From Malacoraja senta (taxonomy: Eukaryota): a stretch of DNA of 64,000 nucleotides. The stretch spans positions 1 to 64,000 of the forward strand of contig JAXLNO010000181.1 in assembly GCA_038087875.1 (NCBI GenBank), written 5' to 3'. The translations under genes and the position numbers were made by a program. Within the stretch, counting starts at the first letter, position 1; every line of letters begins with the position of its first letter. Below, piece by piece: positions 1-13,168 of this stretch. Below the pieces are notes generated by a model. The model saw only the letters and a list, made by a program, of their open reading frames with translations, had not been told where the DNA came from and did no database searches.

Positions 1-3000
1 AAGCCAAAGCCAAAGCCAAAGCCAAAGCCAAAGCCAAAGCCAAAGCCAAAGCCAAAGCCAAAGCAAAGCCTAAGCCTAAGCCAAAGCCAAAGCCAAAGCC
101 AAAGCCAAAGCCAAAGCCAAAGCCAAAGCCAAAGCCAAAGCCAAAGCCAAAGCCAAAGCCAAAGCCAAAGCCAAAGCCAAAGCCAAAGCCAAAGCCAAAG
201 CCAAAGCCAAAGCCAAAGCCAAAGCCAAAGCCAAAGCCAAAGGTAAAGCCAAAGCCAAAGCCAAAGCCAAAGCCAAAGCCAAAGCCAAAGCCAAAGCCAA
301 AGCCAAAGCCAAAGCCAAAGCCAAAGCCAAAGCCAAAGCCAAAGCCAAAGCCAAAGCCAAAGCCAAAGCCAAAGCCAAAGCCAAAGCCAAAGCCAAAGCC
401 AAAGCCAAAGCCAAAGCCAAAGCCAAAGCCAAAGCCAAAGCCAAAGCCAAAGCCAAAGCCAAAGCCAAAGCCAAAGCCAAAGCCAAAGCCAAAGCCAAAG
501 CCAAAGCCAAAGCCAAAGTCAAAGCCAAAGCCAAAGCCAAAGCCAAAGCCAAAGCCAAAGCCAAAGCCAAAGCCAAAGCCAAAGCCAAAGCCAAAGCCAA
601 AGCCAAAGCCAAAGCCAAAGCCAAAGCCAAAGCCAAAGCCAAAGCCAAAGCCAAAGCCAAAGCCAAAGCCAAAGCCAAAGCCAAAGCCAAAGCCAAAGCC
701 AAAGCCAAAGCCAAAGCCAAAGCCAAAGCCAAAGCCAAAGCCAAAGCCAAAGCCAAAGCCAAAGCCAAAGCCAAAGCCAAAGCCAAAGCCAAAGCCAAAG
801 CCAAAGCCAAAGCCAAAGCCAAAGCCAAAGCCAAAGCCAAAGCCAAAGCCAAAGCCAAAGCCAAAGCCAAAGCCAAAGCCAAAGCCAAAGCCAAAGCCAA
901 AGCCAAAGCCAAAGCCAAAGCCAAAGCCAAAGCCAAAGCCAAAGCCAAAGCCAAAGCCAAAGCCAAAGCCAAAGCCAAAGCCAAAGCCAAAGCCAAAGCC
1001 AAAGCCAAAGCCTAAGCCTAAGCCTAAGCCTAAGCCTAAGCCTAAGCCTAAGCCTAAGCCTAAGCCTAAGCCTAAGCCTAAGCCTAAGCCTAAGCCTAAG
1101 CCTAAGCCTAAGCCAAAGCCTAAGCCTAAGCCTAAGCCTAAGCCTAAGCCTAAGCCTAAGCCTAAGCCTAAGCCTAAGCCTAAGCCTAAGCCTAAGACTA
1201 AGCCTACGCCTAAGCCTAAGCCTACGCCTAAGCCTAAGCCTAAGCCTAAGCCTAAGCCTAAGCCTAAGCCTAAGCCTAAGCCTAAGCCTAAGCCTAAGCC
1301 TAAGCCTAAGCCTAAGCCTAAGCCTAAGCCTAAGCCTAAGCCTAAGCCTAAGCCTAAGCCTAAGCCTAAGCCTAAGCCTAAGCCTAAGCCTAAGCCTAAG
1401 CCTAAGCCTAAGCCTAAGCATAAGCCTAAGCCTAAGCCTAAGCCTAAGCCTAAGCCTAAGCCTAAGCCTAAGCCTAAGCCTAAGCCTAAGCCAAAGCCAA
1501 AGCCTAAGCCTAAACCTAAACCTAAGCCTAAGCCTAAGCCTAAGCCTAAGCCTAAGCCTAAGCCTAAGCCTAAGCCTAAGCCTAAGCCTAAGCCTAAGCC
1601 TAAGCCTACGCCTAAGCCTAAGCCTAAGCCTAAGCCTAAGCCTAAGCCTAAGCCTAAGCCTAAGCCTACGCCTAAGCCTAAGCCTAAGCCTAAGCCTAAG
1701 CCTAAGCCTAAGCCTAAGCCTAAGCCTAAGCCTAAGCCTAAGCCTAAGCCTAAGCCTAAGCCTAAGCCTAAGCCTAAGCCTAAGCCTAAGCCTAAGCCTA
1801 AGCCTAAACCTAAGCCTAAGCCTAAGCCTAAGCCTAAGCCAAAGCCAAAGCCTAAGCCTAAGCCTAAGCCAAAGCCAAAGCCAAAGCCAAAGCCAAAGCC
1901 AAAGCCAAAGCCAAAGCCAAAGCCAAAGCCAAAGCCAAAGCCAAAGCCAAAGCCAAAGCCTAAGCCTAAGCCAAAGCCAAAGCCAAAGCCAAAGCCAAAG
2001 CCAAAGCCAAAGCCAAAGCCAAAGCCAAAGCCAAAGCCAAAGCCAAAGCCAAAGCCAAAGCCAAAGCCAAAGCCAAAGCCAAAGCCAAAGCCAAAGCCAA
2101 AGCCAAAGCCAAAGCCAAAGCCAAAGCCAAAGCCAAAGCCAAAGCCAAAGGTAAAGCCAAAGCCAAAGCCAAAGCCAAAGCCAAAGCCAAAGCCAAAGCC
2201 AAAGCCAAAGCCAAAGCCAAAGCCAAAGCCAAAGCCAAAGCCAAAGCCAAAGCCAAAGCCAAAGCCAAAGCCAAAGCCAAAGCCAAAGCCAAAGCCAAAG
2301 CCAAAGCCAAAGCCAAAGCCAAAGCCAAAGCCAAAGCCAAAGCCAAAGCCAAAGCCAAAGCCAAAGCCAAAGCCAAAGCAAAGCCAAAGCCAAAGCCAAA
2401 GCCAAAGCCAAAGCCAAAGCCAAAGCCAAAGCCAAAGCCAAAGCCAAAGCCAAAGCCAAAGCCAAAGCCAAAGCCAAAGCCAAAGCCAAAGCCAAAGCCA
2501 AAGCCAAAGCCAAAGCCAAAGCCAAAGCCAAAGCCAAAGCCAAAGCCAAAGCCAAAGCCAAAGCCAAAGCCAAAGCCAAAGCCAAAGCCAAAGCCAAAGC
2601 CAAAGCCAAAGCCAAAGCCAAAGCCAAAGCCAAAGCCAAAGCCAAAGCCAAAGCCAAAGCCAAAGCCAAAGCCAAAGCCAAAGCCAAAGCCAAAGCCAAA
2701 GCCAAAGCCAAAGCCAAAGCCAAGCCAAAGCCAAAGCCAAAGCCTAAGCCAAAGCCAAAGCCAAAGCCTAAGCCTAAGCCTAAGCCTAAGCCTAAGCCTA
2801 AGCCTAAGCCTAAGCCTAAGCCTAAGCCTAAGCCTAAGCCTAAGCCTAAGCCTAAGCCTAAGCCTAAGCCTAAGCCTAAGCCTAAGCCTAAGCCTAAGCC
2901 TAAGCCTAAGCCTAAGCCTAAGCCTAAGCCTAAGCCTAAGCCTAAGCCTAAGCCTAAGCCTAAGCCTAAGCCTAAGCCTAAGCCTAAGCCTAAGCCTAAG

Positions 3001-6000
3001 CCTAAGCCTAAGCCTAAGCCTAAGCCTAAGCCTAAGCCTAAGCCTAAGCCTAAGCCTAAGCCTAAGCCTAAGCCTAAGCCTAAGCCTAAGCCTAAGCCTA
3101 AGCCTAAGCCTAAGCCTAAGCCTAAGCCTAAGCCTAAGCCTAAGCCTAAGCCTAAGCCTAAGCCTAAGACTAAGCCTAAGCCTAAGCCTAAGCCTAAGCC
3201 TAAGACAAAGCCTAAGCCTAAGCCAAAGCCAAAGCCAAAGCCTAAGCCAAAGCCAAAGCCAAAGCCAAAGCCAAAGCCAAAGCCAAAGCCAAAGCCAAAG
3301 CCAAAGCCAAAGCCAAAGCCAAAGCCAAAGCCAAAGCCAAAGCCTAAGCCTAAGCCAAAGCCAAAGCCAAAGCCAAAGCCAAAGCCAAAGCCAAAGCCAA
3401 AGCCAAAGCCAAAGCCAAAGCCAAAGCCAAAGCCAAAGCCAAAGCCAAAGCCAAAGCCAAAGCCAAAGCCAAAGCCAAAGCCAAAGCCAAAGCCAAAGCC
3501 AAAGCCAAAGCCAAAGCCAAAGCCAAAGCCAAAGCCAAAGCCAAAGCCAAAGCCAAAGCCAAAGCCAAAGCCAAAGCCAAAGCCAAAGCCAAAGCCAAAG
3601 CCAAAGCCAAAGCCAAAGCCAAAGCCAAAGCCAAAGCAAAGCCAAAGCCAAAGCCTAAGCCAAAGCCAAAGCCTAAGCCTAAGCCTAAGCCTAAGCCAAA
3701 GCCAAAGCCTAAGCCTAAGCCTAAGCCTAAGCCTAAGCCTAAGCCTAAGCCTAAGCCTAAGCCTAAGCCTAAGCCTAAGCCTAAGCCTAAGCCTAAGCCT
3801 AAGCCTAAGCCTAAGCCTAAGCCTAAGCCTAAGCCTAAGCCTAAGCCTAAGCCTAAGCCTAAGCCTAAGCCTAAGCCTAAGCCTAAGCCAAAGCCAAAGC
3901 CTAAGCCTAAGCCTAAGCCAAAGCCAAAGCCAAAGCCAAAGCCAAAGCCAAAGCCAAAGCCAAAGCCAAAGCCAAAGCCAAAGCCAAAGCCAAAGCCAAA
4001 GCCTAAGCCTAAGCCAAAGCCAAAGCCAAAGCCAAAGCCAAAGCCAAAGCCAAAGCCAAAGCCAAAGCCAAAGCCAAAGCCAAAGCCAAAGCCAAAGCCA
4101 AAGCCAAAGCCAAAGCCAAAGCCAAAGCCAAAGCCAAAGCCAAAGCCAAAGCCAAAGCCAAAGCCAAAGCCAAAGGTAAAGCCAAAGCCAAAGCCAAAGC
4201 CAAAGCCAAAGCCAAAGCCAAAGCCAAAGCCAAAGCCAAAGCCAAAGCCAAAGCCAAAGCCAAAGCCAAAGCCAAAGCCAAAGCCAAAGCCAAAGCCAAA
4301 GCCAAAGCCAAAGCCAAAGCCAAAGCCAAAGCCAAAGCCAAAGCCAAAGCCAAAGCCAAAGCCAAAGCCAAAGCCAAAGCCAAAGCCAAAGCCAAAGCCA
4401 AAGCCAAAGCCAAAGCCAAAGCCAAAGCCAAAGCCAAAGCCAAAGCCAAAGTCAAAGCCAAAGCCAAAGCCAAAGCCAAAGCCAAAGCCAAAGCCAAAGC
4501 CAAAGCCAAAGCCAAAGCCAAAGCCAAAGCCAAAGCCAAAGCCAAAGCCAAGCCAAAGCCAAAGCCAAAGCCAAAGCCAAAGCCAAAGCCAAAGCCAAAG
4601 CCAAAGCCAAAGCCAAAGCCAAAGCCAAAGCCAAAGCCAAAGCCAAAGCCAAAGCCAAAGCCAAAGCCAAAGCCAAAGCCAAAGCCAAAGCCAAAGCCAA
4701 AGCCAAAGCCAAAGCCAAAGCCAAAGCCAAAGCCAAAGCCAAAGCCAAAGCCAAAGCCAAAGCCAAAGCCAAAGCCAAAGCCAAAGCCAAAGCCAAAGCC
4801 AAAGCCAAAGCCAAAGCCAAAGCCAAAGCCAAAGCCAAAGCCAAAGCCAAAGCCAAAGCAAAGCCAAAGCCAAAGCCAAAGCCAAAGCCAAAGCCAAAGC
4901 CAAAGCCAAAGCCAAAGCCAAAGCCAAAGCCAAAGCCAAAGCCAAAGCCAAAGCCTAAGCCTAAGCCTAAGCCTAAGCCTAAGCCTAAGCCTAAGCCTAA
5001 GCCTAAGCCTAAGCCTAAGCCTAAGCCTAAGCCTAAGCCTAAGCCTAAGCCTAAGCCTAAGCCAAAGCCTAAGCCTAAGCCTAAGCCTAAGCCTAAGCCT
5101 AAGCCTAAGCCTAAGCCTAAGCCTAAGCCTAAGCCTAAGCCTAAGACTAAGCCTACGCCTAAGCCTAAGCCTACGCCTAAGCCTAAGCCTAAGCCTAAGC
5201 CTAAGCCTAAGCCTAAGCCTAAGCCTAAGCCTAAGCCTAAGCCTAAGCCTAAGCCTAAGCCTAAGCCTAAGCCTAAGCCTAAGCCTAAGCCTAAGCCTAA
5301 GCCTAAGCCTAAGCCTAAGCCTAAGCCTAAGCCTAAGCCTAAGCCTAAGCCTAAGCCTAAGCCTAAGCATAAGCCTAAGCCTAAGCCTAAGCCTAAGCCT
5401 AAGCCTAAGCCTAAGCCTAAGCCTAAGCCTAAGCCTAAGCCAAAGCCAAAGCCTAAGCCTAAACCTAAACCTAAGCCTAAGCCTAAGCCTAAGCCTAAGC
5501 CTAAGCCTAAGCCTAAGCCTAAGCCTAAGCCTAAGCCTAAGCCTAAGCCTAAGCCTACGCCTAAGCCTAAGCCTAAGCCTAAGCCTAAGCCTAAGCCTAA
5601 GCCTAAGCCTAAGCCTACGCCTAAGCCTAAGCCTAAGCCTAAGCCTAAGCCTAAGCCTAAGCCTAAGCCTAAGCCTAAGCCTAAGCCTAAGCCTAAGCCT
5701 AAGCCTAAGCCTAAGCCTAAGCCTAAGCCTAAGCCTAAGCCTAAGCCTAAGCCTAAACCTAAGCCTAAGCCTAAGCCTAAGCCTAAGCCAAAGCCAAAGC
5801 CTAAGCCTAAGCCTAAGCCAAAGCCAAAGCCAAAGCCAAAGCCAAAGCCAAAGCCAAAGCCAAAGCCAAAGCCAAAGCCAAAGCCAAAGCCAAAGCCAAA
5901 GCCAAAGCCTAAGCCTAAGCCAAAGCCAAAGCCAAAGCCAAAGCCAAAGCCAAAGCCAAAGCCAAAGCCAAAGCCAAAGCCAAAGCCAAAGCCAAAGCCA

Positions 6001-6720
6001 AAGCCAAAGCCAAAGCCAAAGCCAAAGCCAAAGCCAAAGCCAAAGCCAAAGCCAAAGCCAAAGCCAAAGCCAAAGCCAAAGCCAAAGCCAAAGCCAAAGG
6101 TAAAGCCAAAGCCAAAGCCAAAGCCAAAGCCAAAGCCAAAGCCAAAGCCAAAGCCAAAGCCAAAGCCAAAGCCAAGCCAAAGCCAAAGCCAAAGCCAAAG
6201 CCAAAGCCAAAGCCAAAGCCAAAGCCAAAGCCAAAGCCAAAGCCAAAGCCAAAGCCAAAGCCAAAGCCAAAGCCAAAGCCAAAGCCAAAGCCAAAGCCAA
6301 AGCCAAAGCCAAAGCCAAAGCCAAAGCCAAAGCCAAAGCCAAAGCCAAAGCCAAAGCCAAAGCCAAAGCCAAAGCCAAAGCCAAAGCCAAAGCCAAAGCC
6401 AAAGCCAAAGCCAAAGCCAAAGCCAAAGCCAAAGCCAAAGCCAAAGCCAAAGCCAAAGCCAAAGCCAAAGCCAAAGCCAAAGCCAAAGCCAAAGCCAAAG
6501 CCAAAGCCAAAGCCAAAGCCAAAGCCAAAGCCAAAGCCAAAGCCAAAGCCAAAGCCAAAGCCAAAGCCAAAGCCAAAGCCAAAGCCAAAGCAAAGCCAAA
6601 GCCAAAGCCAAAGCCAAAGCCAAAGCCAAAGCCAAAGCCAAAGCCAAAGCCAAAGCCAAAGCCAAGCCAAAGCCAAAGCCAAAGCCAAAGCCAAAGCCAA
6701 AGCCAAAGCCAAAGCCAAAG
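1..6720. repeat. Higher-order tandem duplication, unit about 3.94 kb (copies at about 1-2750 and 3940-6720)
   Basis: Same rare markers in the same order: GGTAAA 242/4175, GTCAAA 518/4451 (offset 3933), the GCCTAA block 1010-1838 vs 4953-5787 with GACTAA, GCCTAC x4, GCATAA and ACCTAA, and GGTAAA 2150/6099 (offset 3949). Confidence 0.9.
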
Positions 6721-8797
6721 CCTAAGCCAAAGCCAAAGCCAAAGCCTAAGCCTAAGCCTAAGCCTAAGCCTAAGCCTAAGCCTAAGCCTAAGCCTAAGCC
6801 TAAGCCTAAGCCTAAGCCTAAGCCTAAGCCTAAGCCTAAGCCTAAGCCTAAGCCTAAGCCTAAGCCTAAGCCTAAGCCTAAGCCTAAGCCTAAGCCTAAG
6901 CCTAAGCCTAAGCCTAAGCCTAAGCCTAAGCCTAAGCCTAAGCCTAAGCCTAAGCCTAAGCCTAAGCCTAAGCCTAAGCCAAAGCCAAAGCCTAAGCCTA
7001 AGCCTAAGCCTAAGCCTAAGCCTAAGCCTAAGACTAAGCCTAAGCCTAAGCCTAAGACTAAGCCTAAGCCTAAGCCTAAGCCTAAGCCTAAGCCTAAGCC
7101 TAAGCCTAAGCCTAAGCCTAAGCCTAAGCCTAAGCCTACGCCTAAGCCTAAGCCTAAGCCTAAGCCTAAGCCTAAGCCTAAGCCTAAGCCTAAGCCTAAG
7201 CCTAAGCCTAAGCCTAAGCCTAAGCCTAAGCCTAAGCCTAAGCCTAAGCCTAAGCCAAAGCCAAAGCCTAAGCCTAAGCCAAAGCCAAAGCCTAAGCCTA
7301 AGCCTAAGCCAAAGCCAAAAGCCAAAGCCAAAGCCAAAGCCAAAGCCAAAGCCAAAGCCAAAGCCAAAGCCAAAGCCAAAGCCAAAGCCAAAGCCAAAGC
7401 CAAAGCCAAAGCCTAAGCCTAAGCCAAAGCCAAAGCCAAAGCCAAAGCCAAAGCCAAAGCCAAAGCCAAAGCCAAAGCCAAAGCCAAAGCCAAAGCCAAA
7501 GCCAAAGCCAAAGCCAAAGCCAAAGCCAAAGCCAAGCCAAAGCCAAAGCCAAAGCCAAAGCCAAAGCCAAAGCCAAAGCCAAAGCCAAAGCCAAAGCCAA
7601 AGCCAAAGCCAAAGCCAAAGCCAAAGCCAAAGCCAAAGCCAAAGCCAAAGCCAAAGCCAAAGCCAAAGCCAAAGCCAAAGCCAAAGCCAAAGCCAAAGCC
7701 AAAGCAAAGCCAAAGCCAAAGCCAAAGCCAAAGCCAAAGCCAAAGCCAAAGCCAAAGCCAAAGCCAAAGCCAAAGCCAAAGCCAAAGCCAAAGCCAAAGC
7801 CAAAGCCAAAGCCAAAGCCAAAGCCAAAGCCAAAGCCAAAGCCAAAGCCAAAGCCAAAGCCAAAGCCAAAGCCAAAGCCAAAGCCAAAGCCAAAGCCAAA
7901 GCCAAAGCCAAAGCCAAAGCCAAAGCCAAAGCCAAAGCCAAAGCCAAAGCCAAAGCCAAAGCCAAAGCCAAAGCCAAAGCCAAAGCCAAAGCCAAAGCCA
8001 AAGCCAAAGCCAAAGCCAAAGCCAAAGCCAAAGCCAAAGCCAAAGCCAAAGCCAAAGCCAAAGCCAAAGCCAAAGCCAAAGCCAAAGCCAAAGCCAAAGC
8101 CAAAGCCAAAGCCAAAGCCAAAGCCAAAGCCAAAGCCAAAGCCAAAGCCAAAGCCAAAGCCAAAGCCAAAGCCAAAGCCAAAGCCAAAGCCAAAGCCAAA
8201 GCCAAAGCCAAAGCCAAAGCCAAAGCCAAAGCCAAAGCCAAAGCCAAAGCCAAAGCCAAAGCCAAAGCCAAAGCCAAAGCCAAAGCCAAAGCCAAAGCCA
8301 AAGCCAAAGCCAAAGCCAAAGCCAAAGCCAAAGCCAAAGCCAAAGCCAAAGCCAAAGCCAAAGCCAAAGCCAAAGCCAAAGCAAAGCCAAAGCCAAAGCC
8401 AAAGCCAAAGCCAAAGCCAAAGCCAAAGCCAAAGCCAAAGCCAAAGCCAAAGCCAAAGCCAAAGCCAAAGCCAAAGCCAAAGCCAAAGCCAAAGCCAAAG
8501 CCAAAGCCAAAGCCAAAGCCAAAGCCAAAGCCAAAGCCAAAGCAAAGCCAAAGCCAAAGCCAAAGCCAAAGCCAAAGCCAAAGCCAAAGCCAAAGCCAAA
8601 GCCAAAGCCAAAGCCAAAGCCAAAGCAAAGCCAAAGCCAAAGCCAAAGCCAAAGCCAAAGCCAAAGCCAAAGCCAAAGCCAAAGCCAAAGCCAAAGCCAA
8701 AGCCAAAGCCAAAGCCAAAGCCAAAGCCAAAGCCAAAGCCAAAGCCAAAGCCAAAGCCAAAGCCAAAGCCAAAGCCAAAGCCAAAGCCAAAGCCAAA

Positions 8798-11040
8798 GCC
8801 TAAGCCTAAGCCTAAGCCTAAGCCTAAGCCTAAGCCTAAGCCTAAGCCTAAGCCTAAGCCTAAGCCTAAGCCTAAGCCTAAGCCTAAGCCTAAGCCTAAG
8901 CCTAAGCCTAAGCCTAAGCCTAAGCCTAAGCCTAAGCCTAAGCCTAAGCCTAAGCCTAAGCCTAAGCCTAAGCCTAAGCCTAAGCCTAAGCCTAAGCCTA
9001 AGCCTAAGCCTAAGCCTAAGCCTAAGCCTAAGCCTAAGCCAAAGCCTAAGCCTAAGCCTAAGCCTAAGCCTAAGCCTAAGCCTAAGCCTAAGCCTAAGCC
9101 TAAGCCTAAGACTAAGCCTAAGCCTAAGCCTAAGCCTAAGCCTAAGCCTAAGCCTAAGCCTACGCCTAAGCCTAAGCCTAAGCCTAAGCCTAAGCCTAAG
9201 CCTAAGCCTAAGCCTAAGCCTACGCCTAAGCCTAAGCCTAAGCCTAAGCCTAAGCCTAAGCCTAAGCCTAAGCCTAAGCCTAAGCCTAAGCCTAAGCCTA
9301 AGCCTAAGCCTAAGCCTAAGCCTAAGCCTAAGCCTAAGCCTAAGCCTAAGCCTAAGCCTAAGCCTAAGCCTAAGCCTAAGCCTAAGCCTAAGCCTAAACC
9401 TAAGCCTAAGCCTAAGCCTACGCCTAAGCCTAAGCCTAAGCCTAAGCCTAAGCCTAAGCCTAAGCCTAAGCCTAAGCCTAAGCCTAAGCCTAAGCCTAAG
9501 CCTAAGCCTAAGCCTAAGCCTAAGCCTACGCCTAAGCCTAAGCCTAAGCCTAAGCCTAAGCCTAAGCCTAAGCCTACGCCTAAGCCTAAGCCTAAGCCTA
9601 AGCCTAAGCCTAAGCCTAAGCCTAAGCCTAAGCCTAAGCCTACGCCTAAGCCTAAGCCTAAGCCTAAGCCTAAGCCTAAGCCTAAGCCTAAGCCTAAGCC
9701 TAAGCCTAAGCCTAAGCCTAAACCTAAGCCTAAGCCTAAGCCTAAGCCTAAGCCTAAGCCTAAGCCTAAGCCTAAGCCTAAGCCTAAGCCTAAGCCTAAG
9801 CCTAAGCCTAAGCCTAAGCCTAAGCCTAAGCCTAAGCCTAAGCCTAAGCCTAAGCCTAAGCCTAAGCCTAAGCCTAAGCCTAAGCCTAAGCCTAAGCCTA
9901 AGCCTAAGCCTAAGCCTAAGCCTAAGCCTAAGCCAAAGCCAAAGCCTAAGCCAAAGCCTAAGCCTAAGCCTAAGCCTAAGCCAAAGCCAAAGCCAAAGCC
10001 AAAGCCAAAGCCAAAGCCTAAGCCTAAGCCTAAGCCTAAGCCTAAGCCTAAGCCTAAGCCTAAACCTAAGCCTAAGCCTAAGCCTAAGCCTAAGCCAAAG
10101 CCTAAGCCAAAGCCAAAGCCAAAGCCAAAGCCAAAGCCTAAGCATAAGCCTAAGCCTAAGCCTAAGCCTAAGCCTAAGCCTAAGCCTAAGCCTAAGCCTA
10201 AGCCTAAGCCTAAGCCTAAGCCTAAGCCTAAGACTAAGCCTAAGCCTAAGCCTAAGCCTAAGCCTAAGCCTAAGCCTAAGCCTAAGCCTAAGCCTAAGCC
10301 TAAGCCTAAGCCTAAGCCTAAGCCTAAGCCTAAGCCTAAGCCTAAGCCTAAGCCTAAGCCTAAGCCTAAGCCTAAGCCTAAGGCTAAGCCTAAGCCTAAG
10401 CCTAAGGCTAAGCCTAAGCCTAAGCCTAAGCCTAAGTCCAAGTCTAAGCCTAAGCCTAAGCCTAAGCCTAAGCCTAAGCCTAAGCCTAAGCCTAAGCCTA
10501 AGCCTAAGCCTAAGCCTAAGCCTAAGCCTAAGTCTAAGCCTAAGCCTAAGCCTAAGCCTAAGCCTAAGCCAAAGCCAAAGCCAAAGCCAAAGCCAAAGCC
10601 AAAGCCAAAGCCAAAGCCAAAGCCAAAGCCAAAGCCAAAGCCAAAGCAAAAGCCAAAGCCAAAGCCAAAGCCTAAGCCTAAGCCTAAGCCAAAGCCTAAG
10701 CCAAAGCCTAAGCCAAAGCCTAAGCCAAAGCCTAAGCCAAAGCCTAAGCCTAAGCCTAAGCCTAAGCCTAAGCCTAAGCCTAAGCCTAAGCCTAAGCCTA
10801 AGCCTAAGCCTAAGCCTAAGCCTAAGCCTAAGCCTAAGCCTAAGCCTAAGCCTAAGCCTAAGCCTAAGCCTAAGCCTAAGCCTAAGCCTAAGCCTAAGCC
10901 TAAGCCTAAGCCTAAGCCTAAGCCTAAGCCTAAGCCTAAGCCTAAGCCTAAGCCTAAGCCTAAGCCTAAGCCTAAGCCTAAGCCTAAGCCTAAGCCTAAG
11001 CCTAAGCCTAAGCCTAAGCCTAAGCCTAAGCCTAAGCCTA
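8798..11040 (-). repeat. GCCTAA (TTAGGC, canonical nematode-type telomeric repeat) dominated domain
   Basis: Long near-pure GCCTAA runs (8798-9931, 10742-11040) with scattered single variants (GCCTAC, GACTAA, ACCTAA, GCATAA, GGCTAA, GTCTAA). Confidence 0.9.
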
Positions 11041-13168
11041 AGCCAAAGCCAAAGCCAAAGCCAAAGCCAAAGCCAAAGCCAAAGCCAAAGCCAAAGCCAA
11101 AGCCAAAGCCAAAGCCAAAGCCAAAGCCAAAGCCAAAGCCAAAGCCAAAGCCAAAGCCAAAGCCAAAGCCAAAGCCAAAGCCAAAGCCAAAGCCAAAGCC
11201 AAAGCCAAAGCCAAAGCCAAAGCCAAAGCCAAAGCCAAAGCCAAAGCCAAAGCCAAAGCCAAAGCCAAAGCCAAAGCCAAAGCCAAAGCCAAAGCCAAAG
11301 CCAAAGCCAAAGCCAAAGCCAAAGCCAAAGCCAAAGCCAAAGCCAAAGCCAAAGCCAAAGCCAAAGCCAAAGCCAAAGCCAAAGCAAAGCCAAAGCCAAA
11401 GCCAAAGCCAAAGCCAAAGCCTAAGCCTAAGCCTAAGCCTAAGCCTAAGCCTAAGCCTAAGCCTAAGCCTAAGCCTAAGCCTAAGGCTAAGCCTAAGCCT
11501 AAGCCTAAGCCTAAGCCTAAGCCTAAGCCTAAGCCTAAGCCTAAGCCTAAGCCTAAGCCTAAGCCTAAGCCTAAGCCTAAGCCTAACCCTAAGCCTAAGC
11601 CTAAGCCTAAGCCTAAGCCTAAGCCTAAGCCTAAGCCTAAGCCTAAGCCTAAGCCTAAGCCTAAGCCTAAGCCTAAGCCTAAGCCTAAGCCTAAGCCTAA
11701 GCCTAAGCCTAAGCCTAAGCCTAAGCCTAAGCCTAAGCCTAAGCCTAAGCCTAAGCCTAAGCCTAAGCCTAAGCCTAAGCCTAAGCCTAAGCCTAAGCCT
11801 AAGCCTAAGCCTAAACCTAAGCCTAAGCCTAAGCCTAAGCCTAAGCCTAAGCCTAAGCCTAAGGCTAAGCCTAAGCCTAAGCCTAAGCCTAAGCCTAAGC
11901 CAAAGCCAAAGCCAAAGCCAAAGCCAAAGCCAAAGCCAAAGCCAAAGCCAAAGCCAAAGCCAAAGCCAAAGCCAAAGCCAAAGCCAAAGCCAAAGCCAAA
12001 GCCAAAGCCAAAGCCAAAGCCAAAGCCAAAGCCAAAGCCAAAGCCAAAGCCAAAGCCAAAGCCAAAGCCAAAGCCAAAGCCAAAGCCAAAGCCAAAGCCA
12101 AAGCCAAAGCCAAAGCCAAAGCCAAAGCCAAAGCCAAAGCCAAAGCCAAAGCCAAAGCCAAAGCCAAAGCCAAAGCCAAAGCCAAAGCCAAAGCCAAAGC
12201 CAAAGCCAAAGCCAAAGCCAAAGCCAAAGCCAAAGCCAAAGCCAAAGCCAAAGCCAAAGCCAAAGCCAAAGCCAAAGCCAAAGCCAAAGCCAAAGCCAAA
12301 GCCAAAGCCAAAGCCAAAGCCAAAGCCAAAGCCAAAGCCAAAGCCAAAGCCAAAGCCAAAGCCAAAGCCAAAGCCAAAGCCAAAGCCAAAGCCAAAGCCA
12401 AAGCCAAAGCCAAAGCCAAAGCCAAGCCAAAGCCAAAGCCAAAGCCAAAGCCAAAGCCAAAGCCAAAGCCAAAGCCAAAGCCAAAGCCAAAGCCAAAGCC
12501 AAAGCCAAAGCCAAAGCCAAAGCAAAGCCAAAGCCAAAGCCAAAGCCAAAGCCAAAGCCAAAGCCAAAGCCAAGCCAAAGCCAAAGCCAAAGCCAAAGCC
12601 AAAGCCAAAGCCAAAGCCAAAGCCAAAGCCAAAGCCAAAGCCAAAGCCAAAGCCAAAGCCAAAGCCAAAGCCAAAGCCAAAGCAAAGCCAAAGCCAAAGC
12701 CAAAGCCAAAGCCAAAGCCAAAGCCAAAGCAAAGCCAAAGCCAAAGCCAAAGCCAAAGCCAAAGCCAAAGCCAAAGCCAAAGCCAAAGCCAAAGCCAAAG
12801 CCAAAGCCAAAGCCAAAGCCAAAGCCAAAGCCAAAGCCAAAGCAAAGCCAAAGCCAAAGCCAAAGCCAAAGCCAAAGCCAAAGCCAAAGCCAAAGCCAAA
12901 GCCAAAGCCAAAGCCAAAGCCAAAGCCAAAGCCAAGCCAAAGCCAAAGCCAAAGCCAAAGCCAAAGCCAAAGCCAAAGCCAAAGCCAAAGCCAAAGCCAA
13001 AGCCAAAGCCAAAGCCAAAGCCAAAGCCAAGCCAAAGCCAAAGCCAAAGCCAAAGCCAAAGCCAAAGCCAAAGCCAAAGCCAAAGCCAAAGCCAAAGCCA
13101 AAGCCAAAGCCTAAGCCAAAGCCAAAGCCAAAGCCAAAGCCAAAGCCAAAGCCAAAGCCTAAGCCAAA

